Positions 24,461-37,744 of a DNA stretch of 64,000 bases are shown here, piece after piece. The position numbers were made by a program, and so were the translations under genes. The notes below the pieces were generated by a model. The model made no database searches and was not told the origin of the DNA. It was given only the letters and a program-made list of their open reading frames with translations. This stretch comes from Octopus sinensis (Eukaryota), in contig NW_021833893.1 of the NCBI RefSeq assembly GCF_006345805.1, positions 248,001-312,000 on the forward strand, given 5' to 3'. The stretch's first letter is position 1. Every line of letters begins with the position of its first letter.

Positions 24461-25870
24461 AGAATTTAAAAACAAAAACTGGATAGAAGAAGTAAACCAA
24501 TTTCTTTTAGAAGTTTTCTTCGTGAAATTACCCCAATGGAAAAATGCGTTTTCTGAGGATTGAAATTGCATATCGTAGAGCTTTTTTATCCTGTTCATTT
24601 CCTGTTCTACATAATTTGCCGCAAAATCAATCGTATAGACTATTAACTTTTTTTTTTACACGCAACTAGCAATATCTCCACCATAGCCTTTAACATTTTA
24701 ATCATTATCATCATCACTATGATCTTTACTTCCACCATCATCTTCCCTAACAGGAAGATCACTGTCAGTATAATTACCATCAGCCTTGATGGTTGTGAAA
24801 CTTAAATGTTGATAATTTACTTGGAAAATATCGCCGCAAAACGTTGATAACTAAATTTAATGTTAGTGTTGACTAGGAATCATTTAATTGCTGAATGCAG
24901 ACATTTATTTCACTTGACAATTCTCAACACAGGCTATCCCCCAGAATTTCTTTTACACCTTTCTTGTTACAAATATCTTGAGATACCTTCACTCCTTTAC
25001 ATTCTGTTTCCTTCCATTGTGTCATTTGAAACAGATGGAAAGTACTTTGTTTTCTCTTTTTATTTCTCGCAGGGCATAAGCAATAAAAATAATACGCATA
25101 CAACTGCGTAAAGCGATCAGACACAAGCATATATAACACTGAGAGAAACACATACTCAAATGCAGAGAAGGAAAAATATTCTATTTCATCGGGAGATGGT
25201 AAAGCGAAAAATATACGTAAACATGTACATTTATATACACAAATAATCTTACACATACATACGTACACTTATATGAGTGTATGCATATATATGCATATAA
25301 ATACTCATACACAGATATATACATATAAAATATGCTGGTATATACATATATATTATACATGCTTGCATGTATATATATATATATATATATATAATCTATC
25401 TACGTATGTGTGTCTGCGTGTATGTATGTGTGTGTGTGTGTGTGTGTATGTCCGTCCAAAATTCGTCGAAGGAAAAACGTGGTAAGAAATTGCCTTTTTT
25501 AGATTGTTGCATCAATGAAAATTATCTTCCTGAATTGAATAAATTACTTGGAGCCTGAAACATTTTTCCTCGAAGCTCCCACAAATATGAAGTGAAGTAA
25601 TAATATATTCTATTCTCCGGCATTTTATAGAAGCTTGTTCAGATTTAGCCAACCATTATAATAGTAACTGATATATGTTCGCTTATTGGTTGAGAAAACT
25701 TTAGAGAGCGATAACGTGATATTTTGGGTAATAGAGAAAACTAGACAATCAAATATATAAGTTTCTTTACTGTTTAAACCTTTCATGGAGAAATAATTCT
25801 TCACCACATTTTTGTTACTGTTTCCTGCTGGCAGCAATTCAGACATGCAAATAAATGAACACCAAAAGTA

Positions 25871-25912
<42 letters not shown>

Positions 25913-27368
25913 ACCTACAAACTCATATACACGTATATATGTGCGTGTATAAATACAGACACACACATACACACACATACATATATAGTCACCCACACGA
26001 TCACAAGTTATATATACGCAAACAGGTGTATATACTTGCAATAAGTTGTTGCTACTTTAGTGTCGATGTGTCGACTCTCGTTTTACCATCTAATTGACAA
26101 CTGCAACTCAGTCATTACTCACTTTCCTTAATCAGAACTTGACAGTATCATTACTACAATGACAACTGGTCTGCAGGTAATTTGCTTCCATTTTCCTGTT
26201 ACCAACACCAAGTCTATGAGAGAACCAATACCACAACTAAAAAGAAAAATGCATCTCAATAAAAACATCGCATCGTTTAGTGTATTACGCTGCGCCTATA
26301 TTAAGATATATATTGATGTTAACCGCTTCAGAGTCCAGCGCCTGTCATAGCACACAAGATATGTCTGGCTGGATGGATAGGTAGTACAATATTCCAAGTT
26401 TGTAGCGAGAGTTATCACACATGTGAAGGACATCAGGTCGGCACCTACTCATTGTATTGTAATCTAAAGAAAATGTGTGCTGGAAACAATAAGATGACCA
26501 TTTAAATGATTCGAGTTCTGTTTGTAAAGACGTTTGTTACGTGAATTATATGCGAATGAATAAAAGAAATTCTGCTCTTTTATTAACTTGGCGGGTTCCC
26601 ACCCTACCTGTATATACTTTGAGTTGTATTCAAATTGAACACCTGTCTGCAACCAGATCTTAATGAAGATAAGAATACAATTCAGTTTATCTATTACATT
26701 AGCGTTAGAAACGCATATGCGCAAGGCCATGATAACTTAATGCCTGGTTTAGTTGTTTCGATATGTATAACTTAGTTCCCATTTTATTGTGTTAAATATA
26801 TTCAAGCATCAGCTATTTTCTTCATCAGTACTCTGATCGCGATTGCTTATTTTTCTTTTACATTGCTTTTTTTCTCCTATATAGCTCTTGTCCAAAGAAG
26901 TTTTATTCCAGTTTTATTCATCATACACGTTTAGTAAGTTGATTTTAAGTTGATCTACTGTGAATTTTCCAGATGATATTTACACCATAGTTTGAGATTA
27001 GTTAATAGTATTTTGGGCGTCTTTTTATAACTTTCTAGTCCCTTGCTGTATTATATGTACTTCGAGTTATATTCAGTTTGATCTCTTGTTTGTATTTAGC
27101 TTCTGGAAAACATTAAAGTGTAAATTAGCTTTGCTAGTAAACTCGCGTTTGAAATTCATGGCTTACAAACAACAGTGTTTTGGTATTTCGATTTGTACAA
27201 CATTCTCAAATGGGTTTAGCCAACGAAATCCAGCCTCAATATTTACTTTGAATTTATTATGGTCTTTTGTTATCACATTGTCATGTATTTTGACAAATAG
27301 AAGTGCAGCACCAGTTTCACTGATAAATATAAACAAATACATACGTACATACGCACACGAGCACACAC

Positions 27369-27565
27369 GGGCAGAATCGTTAGCACGCCGGACAAAATGT
27401 TTAGCCGAATTTGGTCCATTTTTACGTTTCTGAGTTCAAATGCCGCCAAGGTCATCTTTACTTTTCATTCTTTCGGGGTCGATAAAATAAGTACCAGTTC
27501 AGCCCTGGGGTCGATGTAATCAACTTATCTCCTCCCTCGAAATTTCAGGCCTTGTGCCTATATTA
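27369..27565 (+). mobile_element. tRNA-SINE family B
   Basis: GGCAGAATCGTTAGCACGCCGG...TTCTGAGTTCAAATGCCGCC...AAGTACCAGT. Confidence 0.85.
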
Positions 27566-27849
27566 AAAAGCATTACTTTCAATCCATTAATGTAGCGAAT
27601 TGGCATGACAGTTAGAAAGTTGGATACAATGCCACCCCAGTTTTCTTCTAACTATCCACCCCGGGTTCAAATTTTTCATACTTTGGGGACCGATAAAGTA
27701 AGTTGCGTTTATGCACTAATGGAGCTCCTCTTTCACTTTCTATTTCGCAATTGTCTACGTAGCACTGTCAGAAAGAGATCATTTACAGTGTCGCTTTTCG
27801 CAAAACGGAAGAAGGGTTGAGTAAAGAGCTGAAAAATTCTTCTCTCACC

Positions 27850-28800
27850 GCCCCAAACCTCTGCTATATTACGTGTACTACTCGAATCTGATGTGCACTA
27901 CTCAACGGAACGTAAAAATAAAACTGAAGAATTTGAAAATCTATTATCAGCATTAGACTTACTCTACTTCGGGTTTAAATTACACTTACATTTTCTTAAT
28001 TTACGGTTGTTTAGTAAGAAATCCCAATCAATTACTGGTATACTTCTATATCTCTAAAACCCCCCTTATCTACACACCCAGTCTAATTTCTACTCTATTA
28101 TTGCTTCTCACCACACTTGTTCATGTAGATAACGCCAGCTATAATTACATTACATCCATAATACTTGTGAACATAATTATCTTTCATAGATATTTATTAA
28201 AAAGACTTTTAATTAGTATACACCTATTTAACATACTTTCTTCCAACATTACATGAACTTCTTGTTAACTTACCATTTAAATAAATAATTTGAAACTTTT
28301 ACAAGCACCCGTATTATTTTTACACATCCTCCAATATATCAATTTTGACCTCTAATATAATCTTCTACTTGCATTTCTACATCGATTTTCCTAATTAAAA
28401 TCATTAATATTATTGGTTTTATATTTTTCCATACAGAAATTACAATCTAACGTCCTTATCCAGAAATTTATGATAAGAGCATAACATCTACTTATCACTC
28501 ACTACTATGGCTAATGAATCTATTTTGTTTGACATGGTAATGTATGTATATTATTTGCTTTATTAATTTGTCCTGGCTTCTTTTCATTTGCTCTCTTACA
28601 GTATTTTGTTCAAATTATATAATTGAAACATCACACAGTGTATATACTTTTATCAAAACTTGCATCTAACTAGTTATAAAATTTAGCAACCATTGTATTA
28701 GCTTTTGCACTCTTAATATCATCCATCATAAAATAACAACTATTAATCAATTTATAGTTTCTTTTTAAGATAATATATTATATATATGTTTTATATATTT
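27850..28800 (-). mobile_element. Highly decayed Penelope-like ORF (RT C-terminus and GIY-YIG)
   Basis: Fragments DVRL*FLYGKYKP and AGVIYMNKCGE; many stops. Confidence 0.4.
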
Positions 28801-29109
28801 TATGTTTATTTTATATATTCTATATTTTTATAAAACATTGTATATATCATTGACAATGAGGACATGGAAAACTTGTATATTTCACCTCAACCAATATTTT
28901 CAATATACATGTACACACACACACATTACTTACTTAATTTATGAAGGTAACATATATGCTTTCGTTACCATATTACTGATAGAGCAATTAGTAAATGGAA
29001 GTCTACTTAACTTGGTTTTATTTACAGGGTATTCTTCGGCTTAATTCAGTCTAAATGTACATACACATAGATATGCGCACCATTTTTCACATTCAGATAC
29101 ACGCGCTCG

Positions 29110-29510
29110 CGCATGAATGAGATTTTCAATATTTGTTTTAATGCAGTTCGTAACAATAGCATGTTCCTCAGAGAGTATAATTAACGATTCAGTTTCTTGT
29201 TTCAGGTTTTCATCTGTCAGCCACAACCAGCGTTCTTTAATTCCAACTGTCTTATTTGATGCATGAACTGGACATGTAATTCCTTTACATATCGACTAAT
29301 TATTCTGTCATTTTCCTTCTGACTTTGAATTCTCTTACTGTTCCAGTGATTTTCTCTATATTTCTGACCCCAGTAAGCGTTCTAACCTCACTACAGACAA
29401 CATAGTTTTTCAATACTCAACATTACTGCTCTGACAATGCTTTCTGCGAGAACAGTTCTGTTATTGTGGGTGTTCTAGGTATGATAAAAAAAGGGTATCA
29501 GAAATATCTA
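29110..29510 (-). mobile_element. R4/Dong-like LINE remnant
   Basis: WLTDENLKQETESLIILSEEHAIVTNCIKTNIE resembles the WLxxxxLKxETExLIxAAQEQ motif seen in the other copies. Confidence 0.6.
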
Positions 29511-29551
29511 GATAATATCTTCGGAGAACCATGTCTCAAATAAATCCAAAA

Positions 29552-30368
29552 TATTGTGCTAACAAGTACTGCCCACATCCTTGAGCGTTTTTTTTTTCAA
29601 ATTTAAAAATGCTCACAGAAATAAAATGCATTGGCGAAATGTTTTATGTTATTTGAAAGATATGATTTTCTCTACATGATAGTGTGTCTTGATTTTTTAA
29701 TTTTATTGATTTTTGTGTATTTTTCAAGTGGGCAAGACAGCATTCTTGACACCATTTGCTTTTTGTATTTAAATGAGGTGTTAAGTCCGTCGAAACTGAT
29801 CGTGATATTTGTGCTGTGTATGGAGAAGAAGCAATGCCTCAAAGTACTGCCCGCCGTTGGTTTTTGCGCTTCAAAAATTGGAATTTTAACCCCAAGGACG
29901 GATCACACATAACTGAGTTCGATGAACCTTGCCCATTGAGTGAAGGTGGTTCACCACAGTTTTTGTTATTACAATCCATCTGCGCTGCCAATTTTCTGGT
30001 CGTTGGATGTGAATTTTCATGAAGAAGTTGATTCAATCGCTCTTCATCGAACTCAGTTGGTCGACCGGTATGTAATCTGTCCTTGAGGTCAAAATTCCCA
30101 TTTTTGAAGCGCGGCCTTAAAACCTCGATTAAATGCAAAAAGTAAGGGGCGTCGAAAATGCTCAGTTTTGCCCACTGGACATTGCATTTTAATGATCTGA
30201 AAATACACAAAAATCAATAAAATTAAAATATCAAAACACACTATCTTGTAGAGCAAAACATTCTCTTTCAAATAGTATAAAACATTTTGCCAATGCGTTT
30301 TATTTCTGCGTGCATTTTTAAATTTGAAGAAAAAAAAAATCGCTCATGAATTATTCCTCAACCCAATA
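29552..30368. mobile_element. Palindromic mariner derivative (two inverted 5' arms)
   Basis: About 29580-29927 is the imperfect reverse complement of about 30043-30350. Both arms encode the transposase start (RWFLRFKNWNF / RFKNGNFDLKDRLHTGRPTEFDEERL). The right end is ...CCCAATA-TA. Confidence 0.85.
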
Positions 30369-31074
30369 TATTAAGAGAGAAAGAGAGAAAGAGAGAAAGA
30401 GAAAGAGAACAACATAGGGAGAAAGAAAAAGATAGATAGAGGAAGAAAGAGATAAGTAGAGAGACAGAGAGAGATAAAGAGACACATCAGATCATTGAAA
30501 GAGTTATCAAACGAAAGAAAGACAGGACGAAACAAAATTGGAAATGGATGTTCAAGTGCATGTCGGAAGGTAATCCTTACCAAAGAAACTGATGTTTGTC
30601 GCATCAGGATATAGAAATACATTCTTATCAGATTAGATTAATTTTAACGAAGAAGAAATTTTATAACAATATCTCAGCGAATAAAGGTTTCTCAATTCAT
30701 AATCATGTTTAGTTCTGAAGAAAATTTATATAAGATCTTAAGAGATAATGTCTATTTTAAATTCAAAATTCTGTATCACCCAAACGAAAGTAAGAAGGAT
30801 ATGTGATTAATTTACAATCTGCTGTAGTTAACCAAGAAAGTTTCTGTGTATTGTAAAAGAAAAAATATATAGAAACCTTAATACTGCAATTTAGTTTCAG
30901 TCTGCTAGATATTCTGCCTAGTGAATCGTGAAACTTCTCGATATACTTGCTTAACATTTAAATACAGAGGAATTATAAATACAATAAGCTTCTGTTTTCC
31001 GCTATTATTTGAAGCGATTAAACAAAGCAAAGTTTGGCAGCATTTAATTTTGAACGATTATTATAACCATTTTG

Positions 31075-31168
<94 letters not shown>

Positions 31169-31234
31169 TTGTCTGTTTGTCAGTCTGTTTGTCTGTCTGC
31201 CTTCCTGCCTGCCTGTATTCTGTCTGTCTTTCTT

Positions 31235-31319
<85 letters not shown>

Positions 31320-31346
31320 ACATACATACATACATACATACATACA

Positions 31347-31436
<90 letters not shown>

Positions 31437-31447
31437 CCAACCAACCA
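31075..31447. repeat. Compound tetranucleotide microsatellite (ATCT)-(GTCT-like)-(ATCT)-(ATAC)-(AAGC)-(AACC)
   Basis: Directly visible. Confidence 0.95.
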
Positions 31448-31449
31448 AT

Positions 31450-31798
31450 ATGGCACTCCGTCGGTTACGACGACGAGGATTCCAGTTCATCGATCAACGG
31501 AACAGTCTGCTTGTGAGACACGTGTGCCCTTAACGTAGTTCTCGGGGAGATTCAGCGTGACACAGAGTGTGAGAAGGCTGACCCTCCGATATACACGTAC
31601 AACAGAAACAGGAAGAAAGAGTGAGAGAAAGTTGTGGTGAAAGAGTACAGCAGGGTTCACCACCACCCCCTACCAGGGCCTCGTGGAGCTTTAGGCGTTT
31701 TCGCTCAATAAACACTCACAACACTCGGTCTAGGAATCGAAACCGCTATCCTACGACCGCAGGCCCGCTGCCCCCTAACCACTGGGCCATTGCACCTC
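31450..31798 (-). mobile_element. tRNA-SINE family C, near full length
   Basis: Reverse complement starts GAGGTGCAATGGCCCAGTGGTTAGGG...GGTTTCGATTCC; a 5' fragment of the same family lies at 54320-54487. Confidence 0.8.
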
Positions 31799-32002
31799 TC
31801 TCTATATATATTTGTGAATGTGTGTGTGTATGTATTGTTGGTACTTTATTGATTGCTTTTGGAAGTAAAAACGGCAAGGTTGCCATACGCAGTATTTGAA
31901 CAACGAGTTTAAGAATCTATATGCTCTGAGGACTCCGCCATTTCTCCTCCATGTGTACATAGATGCATGCATATACATATACGTATATTTGTGCACACAC
32001 AC

Positions 32003-32044
<42 letters not shown>

Positions 32045-32058
<14 letters not shown>

Positions 32059-34650
32059 ATACACACACATGATGGACACTCTCGTCGATTTTGGCGTATG
32101 ACGATCCGACAAACTACACTTTCTTTGTCAGTCATAATGCTTCTGTCTAATGTGACATTTAAGTCCTGCCAACGACTTATTATAAAGACCGCAGATGTTG
32201 CAAGTATGCGGATTACGGGTCAGTGCAGGCGATGTATTCGCAGCCACTTCTCTCCTTTGCCTGTTAATGCTGGTGGAAATAAAATCTCTTATACTTATTT
32301 CACACGACGGTCTCCATTCTGATTGCTCCAAGGATATTTCTTCAAAGGTGTTGTGAGCTATATAGATTGTGAGTTATATAGGTTACTTATCCTTATATCT
32401 GAGCCATGGTCGACCAACATTCTTGTATCCATATGAAGCTGGGTGTACATGAGGACTTTGGGTATTCTTTTGTCACCCATTCTGACAACATGACCAGCTC
32501 AGCGTAATTGCGACTGCATAAGGAAACTTTTGATTCCGTCAATCTTATACTTGCTAAATAGGCCTACATTAGACACTCTGTGTTTTAGTGTATAACCGCA
32601 GATTGTTCTAAGACAGCCTTTGTGGAAGACGTCTAGTTGGTTAATGTCCCACCTATAGGGTGTCCACGATTCCGTGCCATGGCAGTTATAGACCTGTATT
32701 TTGATGTCAAGTATAATGCTTCTTTCATTCCATAGGCAATGACGGAGTTCGCTGCGTTGGTTGCTTTAGCAAGACGGTTGACAATTTCATCAGCAAGGGA
32801 AGCGATTGAGTTTACTTTATTACCAAGGTATGTAAATGACTTCACATACTTAAGTTTTTCCCGTTAATCTGTATAGGAGTGTCAGGGAAATTCTGAACTG
32901 GTGGTCTCTGCATGACGCCTTGAATTTGCTCAGGAGGTTGGAAGATCACTTCTATCTTCGTTATGCTGATGGTCAAACTGAAGGCTTAACATGCAGCTGA
33001 AAACCAACCAAGAAGTTCCTGAGCTTCCTCTAGGGAATCACTACTAGTACAGCGCAAAGCAGATCACGAATGATACTGGTGCATAGTAGTGTTTTGGCTT
33101 TGAAACGCTGATGAGTGAATAGTCCACAACATGCTTGTAACTGTAACTTAACACCACTTACTATGTCGTCCAAAGCATACTTCAATATCATCGAAAAGAA
33201 GAGTACAAAAAAAAACAAGGTCGATGACGCAACCTTGCTTTGTGCCATTTGTAACATCGTAGGGAGCAGAAGATTCCCCGCACACAGTAGCAGCTTTTGT
33301 TCCCTCATAAAAGATGATAACATTCAATGTATTGTCAGGTATACGAAGCTTTTTCAGAACATACCAAAGCGCTTGCAGGTTAACAGTGTCAAAAGCCTTA
33401 ATAAGGTCAATGAATACCATGAATAGCTCCTGATGTTTCTCACGTACCTTCTCGGTGACCTTGACGAAGGGAAAAGATCATGTCGATAGTGCTATTCTGG
33501 ATAGATGTCATTTACGACGTATTTGATGATCCTGTCAATAATTAGTCGAGCAAAAACTCTTACCAGCAATAGACAGAAGAGATATCCCACGATATCCTTT
33601 GTTCTTATAAAGTTGTTGAACTGATGCGTCCTTAAATCCTGTACTACACTGCCTATCCTCCAAATATTTATTAAGAAGACGTGCAATTTCTTGAGAAGCT
33701 TCTGTCCACCGTACTTGTAGATTTCAGACGGGACAGCATTCTTGCCAGGCGCTTTACACGAAGAGATCTATCTAACAGAGTTTATCACTTACAGGAAGGT
33801 TGGCCTTAGAGACAGTTCCGGTATTTCAGCGTAATGTGAAACAGACACTATAACGTCATCATCAATGACCGGGGTAGAATTCAACTCAGCTTCGAAGTGG
33901 TCTTTCTATCTTTTCAGGAAGTCAGATTTGTCAGTTAACAGTGCCTCTCCATTGGATGAAAAAGTTGGAATAACACTGTGCTCTTAAAGGCCATACACTT
34001 TCTCGAGGGTATTATAGAAAACTTTTGAATTCTTTGTCGTCAGTTTCTTGGAGTTCAGTAGTTTGGATGTCCACCGAGCCTCCTTCATCTGTCTAAGAGC
34101 ACGTTGGATCATTTCTTATAAGCATTTTTTTGCTGGATGGGCTCTTATTATTGATCCATGTTTTATGAGAGCTGTACATTTTATTTATCGACTGCTGGAC
34201 ATCTGTACTGTTATCATGAAACTAATCTTGATATTTACGAACAAAAGATGACTCGATGTCATCACTGATATCAACAATGCTGAGTGCAGTGATCAGATTA
34301 TTAGAGAGCTCAGCCAGCGGATTTCAAAGACAAAATATTGGTGCGCTTAAACAATGATGACCTTTTTAGTATTATGTGTTTCAGATAGAGCGTAGCCTCA
34401 CCACGAAGAAGAAAATGGATAGAGAGATAACAGATGTTATGAAAGGAACATGTAATGTTAAAGTTCCTTTTTCTCGCGTCTTAGTGATATGCCAATTCTT
34501 AGATCTAGGATGCATCCAGGTCGTCTTGAAAACGTTCCACTGTTGAAAGATGCTTAGATCGAATTTCCTGCAGATGGTGAGCATGCACAGACCCCTGGAG
34601 TTCATTCGATCTGCACCATGACGACCAAGAATACTCTCTCATGTCTGATA
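32045..34650 (-). mobile_element. Decayed RTE-clade LINE (APE, RT and C-terminal C2H2 finger)
   Basis: WMHPRSKNWH (APE), FIDLIKAFDTV, GTKQGCV, FTYLG and CNICGLYNKSLAGLKCHIRQKH, followed by a (TG)n tail. Confidence 0.88.
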
Positions 34651-34654
34651 GTCA

Positions 34655-35275
34655 GTACTAACATAAGAATTGTTAGAAAGGATCACAAAACTACAGCTCC
34701 CAAAATTACTGCAGAGCTTAATGACAAACTCAGTTTCCACAAAAACTGTTCGCCATGAGCTACACCAAACCGGATTTCACAGGAGGCCTGCAATCAGAAA
34801 ACCACCACTTTCAAAAACAAACATTGCAAAGCGTTGAGAATAGAATAAAAACCTACAGAATTGGTCCCTAGAGCAGTGGAAGAATGTTATTTCTTGGACG
34901 AGTCAACCTTTACCTTATTTCCGACCACCGGCCGAGTATATGTGTGGAGACAGCCAAAAGAAGAATTTGGCCCAGTCTGCCTTCTTCCAACTGTTAAACA
35001 GTTGTGGTGATCTGGGGGCGCTATATCTTGGAAATCCGCCGGCTCAATGGTTTCCCTTCATGGCAAAATTAATAGTCAAGACTATTTAAGCATTTTTCCG
35101 ATCAAATTCATCCTATGGTTGCAGAACTGTTTCCGGAGGGAAACGCAATCTTTTAGGATGATAATGCACCAAGCAGCTATGTTGTTACTGAATGGCACGA
35201 GGAACATTCTAGTGAAGTTGAACATCTTATTTGGCCACCATGGTCCCCAGATCTCAATATTACTGAACATTTAAC
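34655..35275 (+). mobile_element. Tc1-like transposase remnant
   Basis: IVRKDHKTTAPKITAEL; WKNVIFLDES; WPPWSPDLNITEHL. Confidence 0.85.
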
Positions 35276-35276
35276 G

Positions 35277-35357
35277 GAGTTAAAACGAACATACCAAAAA
35301 GATTCCGAAGGAAAAGAGAACAAACCAATACATCATAAAAAAAACACAAAACCCACA

Positions 35358-35422
<65 letters not shown>

Positions 35423-36060
35423 GCACACACAACAATGTGAAAATAAGAAGAGATGCGCACAAAAACAAGACACACCGATAAACGAAATACAGACAACCCT
35501 AGAGAACAACGCACTCATACAGCACATCACTGCTATCATCCCCTCAAAAAACTGCCCAGAATCTCCTACCAAGCATCCACATGCAGACACACAACACAGT
35601 CAAACCCCGCCAAAACAGATAGCATACTTAATGACATCCATAGAAAAAAATTACAAAATTAAAAAAACATTATTAGACTACGCATCAGACACAAAATGCA
35701 TCTTAATTGATAAACAAAGACACGCAGCATTAAAAGAAACATTCAAATCCGGTATAGATCCACTGGGGTTAGAAGTGAGGTTTGATTCCCTCCCCACCGG
35801 TGGTAGAATATAGTGAACTTATGCCATATTTTGTATGGTAAAGTAAAAAAAAAAGTAAAATTGTTTTAAACGATTGAAAATTGTTGAACTAACAGATAAT
35901 TAACAGTAAAACGTGACTGCCTGAGAGTGGGGTTCAGATAAGACGTTCATCCTCATTTTGTATATTCATTTCATTCATAGTTTTGTATTTTGTCACAACT
36001 TGTATTGTCTGTCCTTGTGCCATCCCTTCTATGTTACGCCTTTATGGCGAATAAAGAAAA
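35277..36060 (+). mobile_element. Tx1/L1-type array unit U0 (5'-truncated; ORF1 tail and 3' UTR)
   Basis: C-terminal module (KCILIDKQRH...GIDPLGLEV) homologous to U1 and U2; shared 3' UTR; AATAAA at 36050. Confidence 0.75.
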
Positions 36061-37744
36061 TGTTCCAATCACCTCCTAGCTTGCTAGTGTGATTTTGTTT
36101 GCGGCTGCGTGCCTACTGTTACGTTCCTCGAAATACTCTTATTATTGTTACCATTCTTAGAGATTGTTACCGTTGGATTCTTATTGCTGTTTCGCATACG
36201 GGCTTGTGGTTTTTGTTTGTTTTTCTTTTCCTCAGTTTGGGGTAAAGAATTTTGAAATGGAGTATTCATAGGAACACGTCGGGAGCTTTGTGTCGGCGGC
36301 GGGTAGTCGCACGACCAGCGCTACGAGCACATTGGAGGTACGAGAGGTGGCAATAGCCCTCGAGAAGCTAGCAAGACACAGGGAGCTGCTCCAGAAGGAA
36401 GGGGAAAGTCTAGGGCTGACTCCTCCGGAAGAAGTAACTAAAAGCATGGGTAAAAGGACAGTTTTCTATAGAACGCTGTCCTTAACCAGCAAAAAGATAG
36501 AAATGGCGGTAGAGGAAGCCATAGAAAAGTGCATGGAGAGTATAAAGAATACAATAATATTTTACACCCGAGGAAGAAGGTACGATACAGTGGAGGTGAG
36601 GTTCGCCACTGAAGAAGAGTCACTCATCCACTCCACTGTGCCTTTAAGGTCAGAGGAATGGGTACTCCTGCCAACCTATTGCGGCAAAAGGGGTCGCAAG
36701 GATCAGGGTTGGCAGGGTGCCTCCTGAAATAGAAGAGGCGTGGCTGGTGGCAGCTATAATCTACGATACAAAGGAAACAAGAATTTTGCAAGTGACAAAG
36801 ACTAAAAATGTGAATTGGTTGGGTTATGGCCTGGAAATGGTGATCCAGGCCACCCAAGATTTAAACTCTATATCGGAGGAGATACTGTTGCCAGAAGATA
36901 GGAAATTGAGAATGATAGTGAGGGCCGACCGCACACCTGCTACCACTATGGAGAGAAGGGGCACATGAAAGTAAAGTGCCCCGAGTTAAAAGAAAGTATC
37001 GAGAGGGCAGCCCTAACAATCGAAGAAAACACAGAGGAACCAGAGGAGGGAGGATTTACTGAGGTTCCAAAGAGAAAGAGAGGTAAAATAACGGTTTTGC
37101 CTCAGAAGAACAACATAAAGAAAAAAAGAAGAGTGCAATATGGAAGACGAGACACACAGATAAATTCACATAGCACACATTACCACCACAAGCCCCACAA
37201 AAAAAGAGATATCACCCCACATAGTCCTAGTTAACCAGACAGGATTCCAACCAGAATTGCAGACAATACACAGCCCGTCAAAACCACCAGAAAACAAAGA
37301 GCATATATCATGACATATAAAAAAGTACATCAATTGAAATTAGGATTGCGAAAATAAGTTGGCAATGAGAATAAAATTCCCAGCGGAGGAAAACAGGAAA
37401 GGTGTCTTAACCGACGTAGAAGGATACCAAAAATTAAAAGGATCGAACATTGACCCTTTGGGACCGGAGGTGGAGTACGGTACCTTACCTCCGGTCGTTG
37501 ACTATGACGACTTAACGCCATACAAAGTACGTTCATTCTATGATTATAGCACAAGATAAAAAAAACTTTAAAAAAACCAGTTAAATGTAACCACCCGAGA
37601 GTGGGGCTCGAGTGGACATTACACCCTCATTTTGGTATAATTTCACTTTTCATTCGTTTCATGTTTTTGTCCCCACTTGAATAGTTCTGTCTGTCCTTGT
37701 GCTGTCTCCTCTATGTAACGCCTTTATAGCAGAATAAAGAAATT
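36061..37744 (+). mobile_element. Tx1/L1-type ORF1-only unit U1 (1684 bp)
   Basis: Frameshifted gag-like ORF1 from about 36257 (SAAGSR, VFYRTL, YDTVEV, PPEIEEAWL, degenerate knuckle CYHYGEKGHMKVKC). No ORF2 before AATAAA at 37733. Confidence 0.85.

Noticed and set aside
25625-25860. MSELLPAGNSNKNVVKNYF... as an exon or BED-finger start
   Set aside because: No complete motif and no convincing splice context.
26250-26460. LEYCTT...LDSEAV on the minus strand as a CR1 remnant
   Set aside because: Match too short and degenerate to call by eye.
36061-36075. Array junction motif as a U2 or U6 snRNA target
   Set aside because: Only short partial matches (TGTTC..ATCA; GTTCCAAT) and no flanking snRNA sequence.
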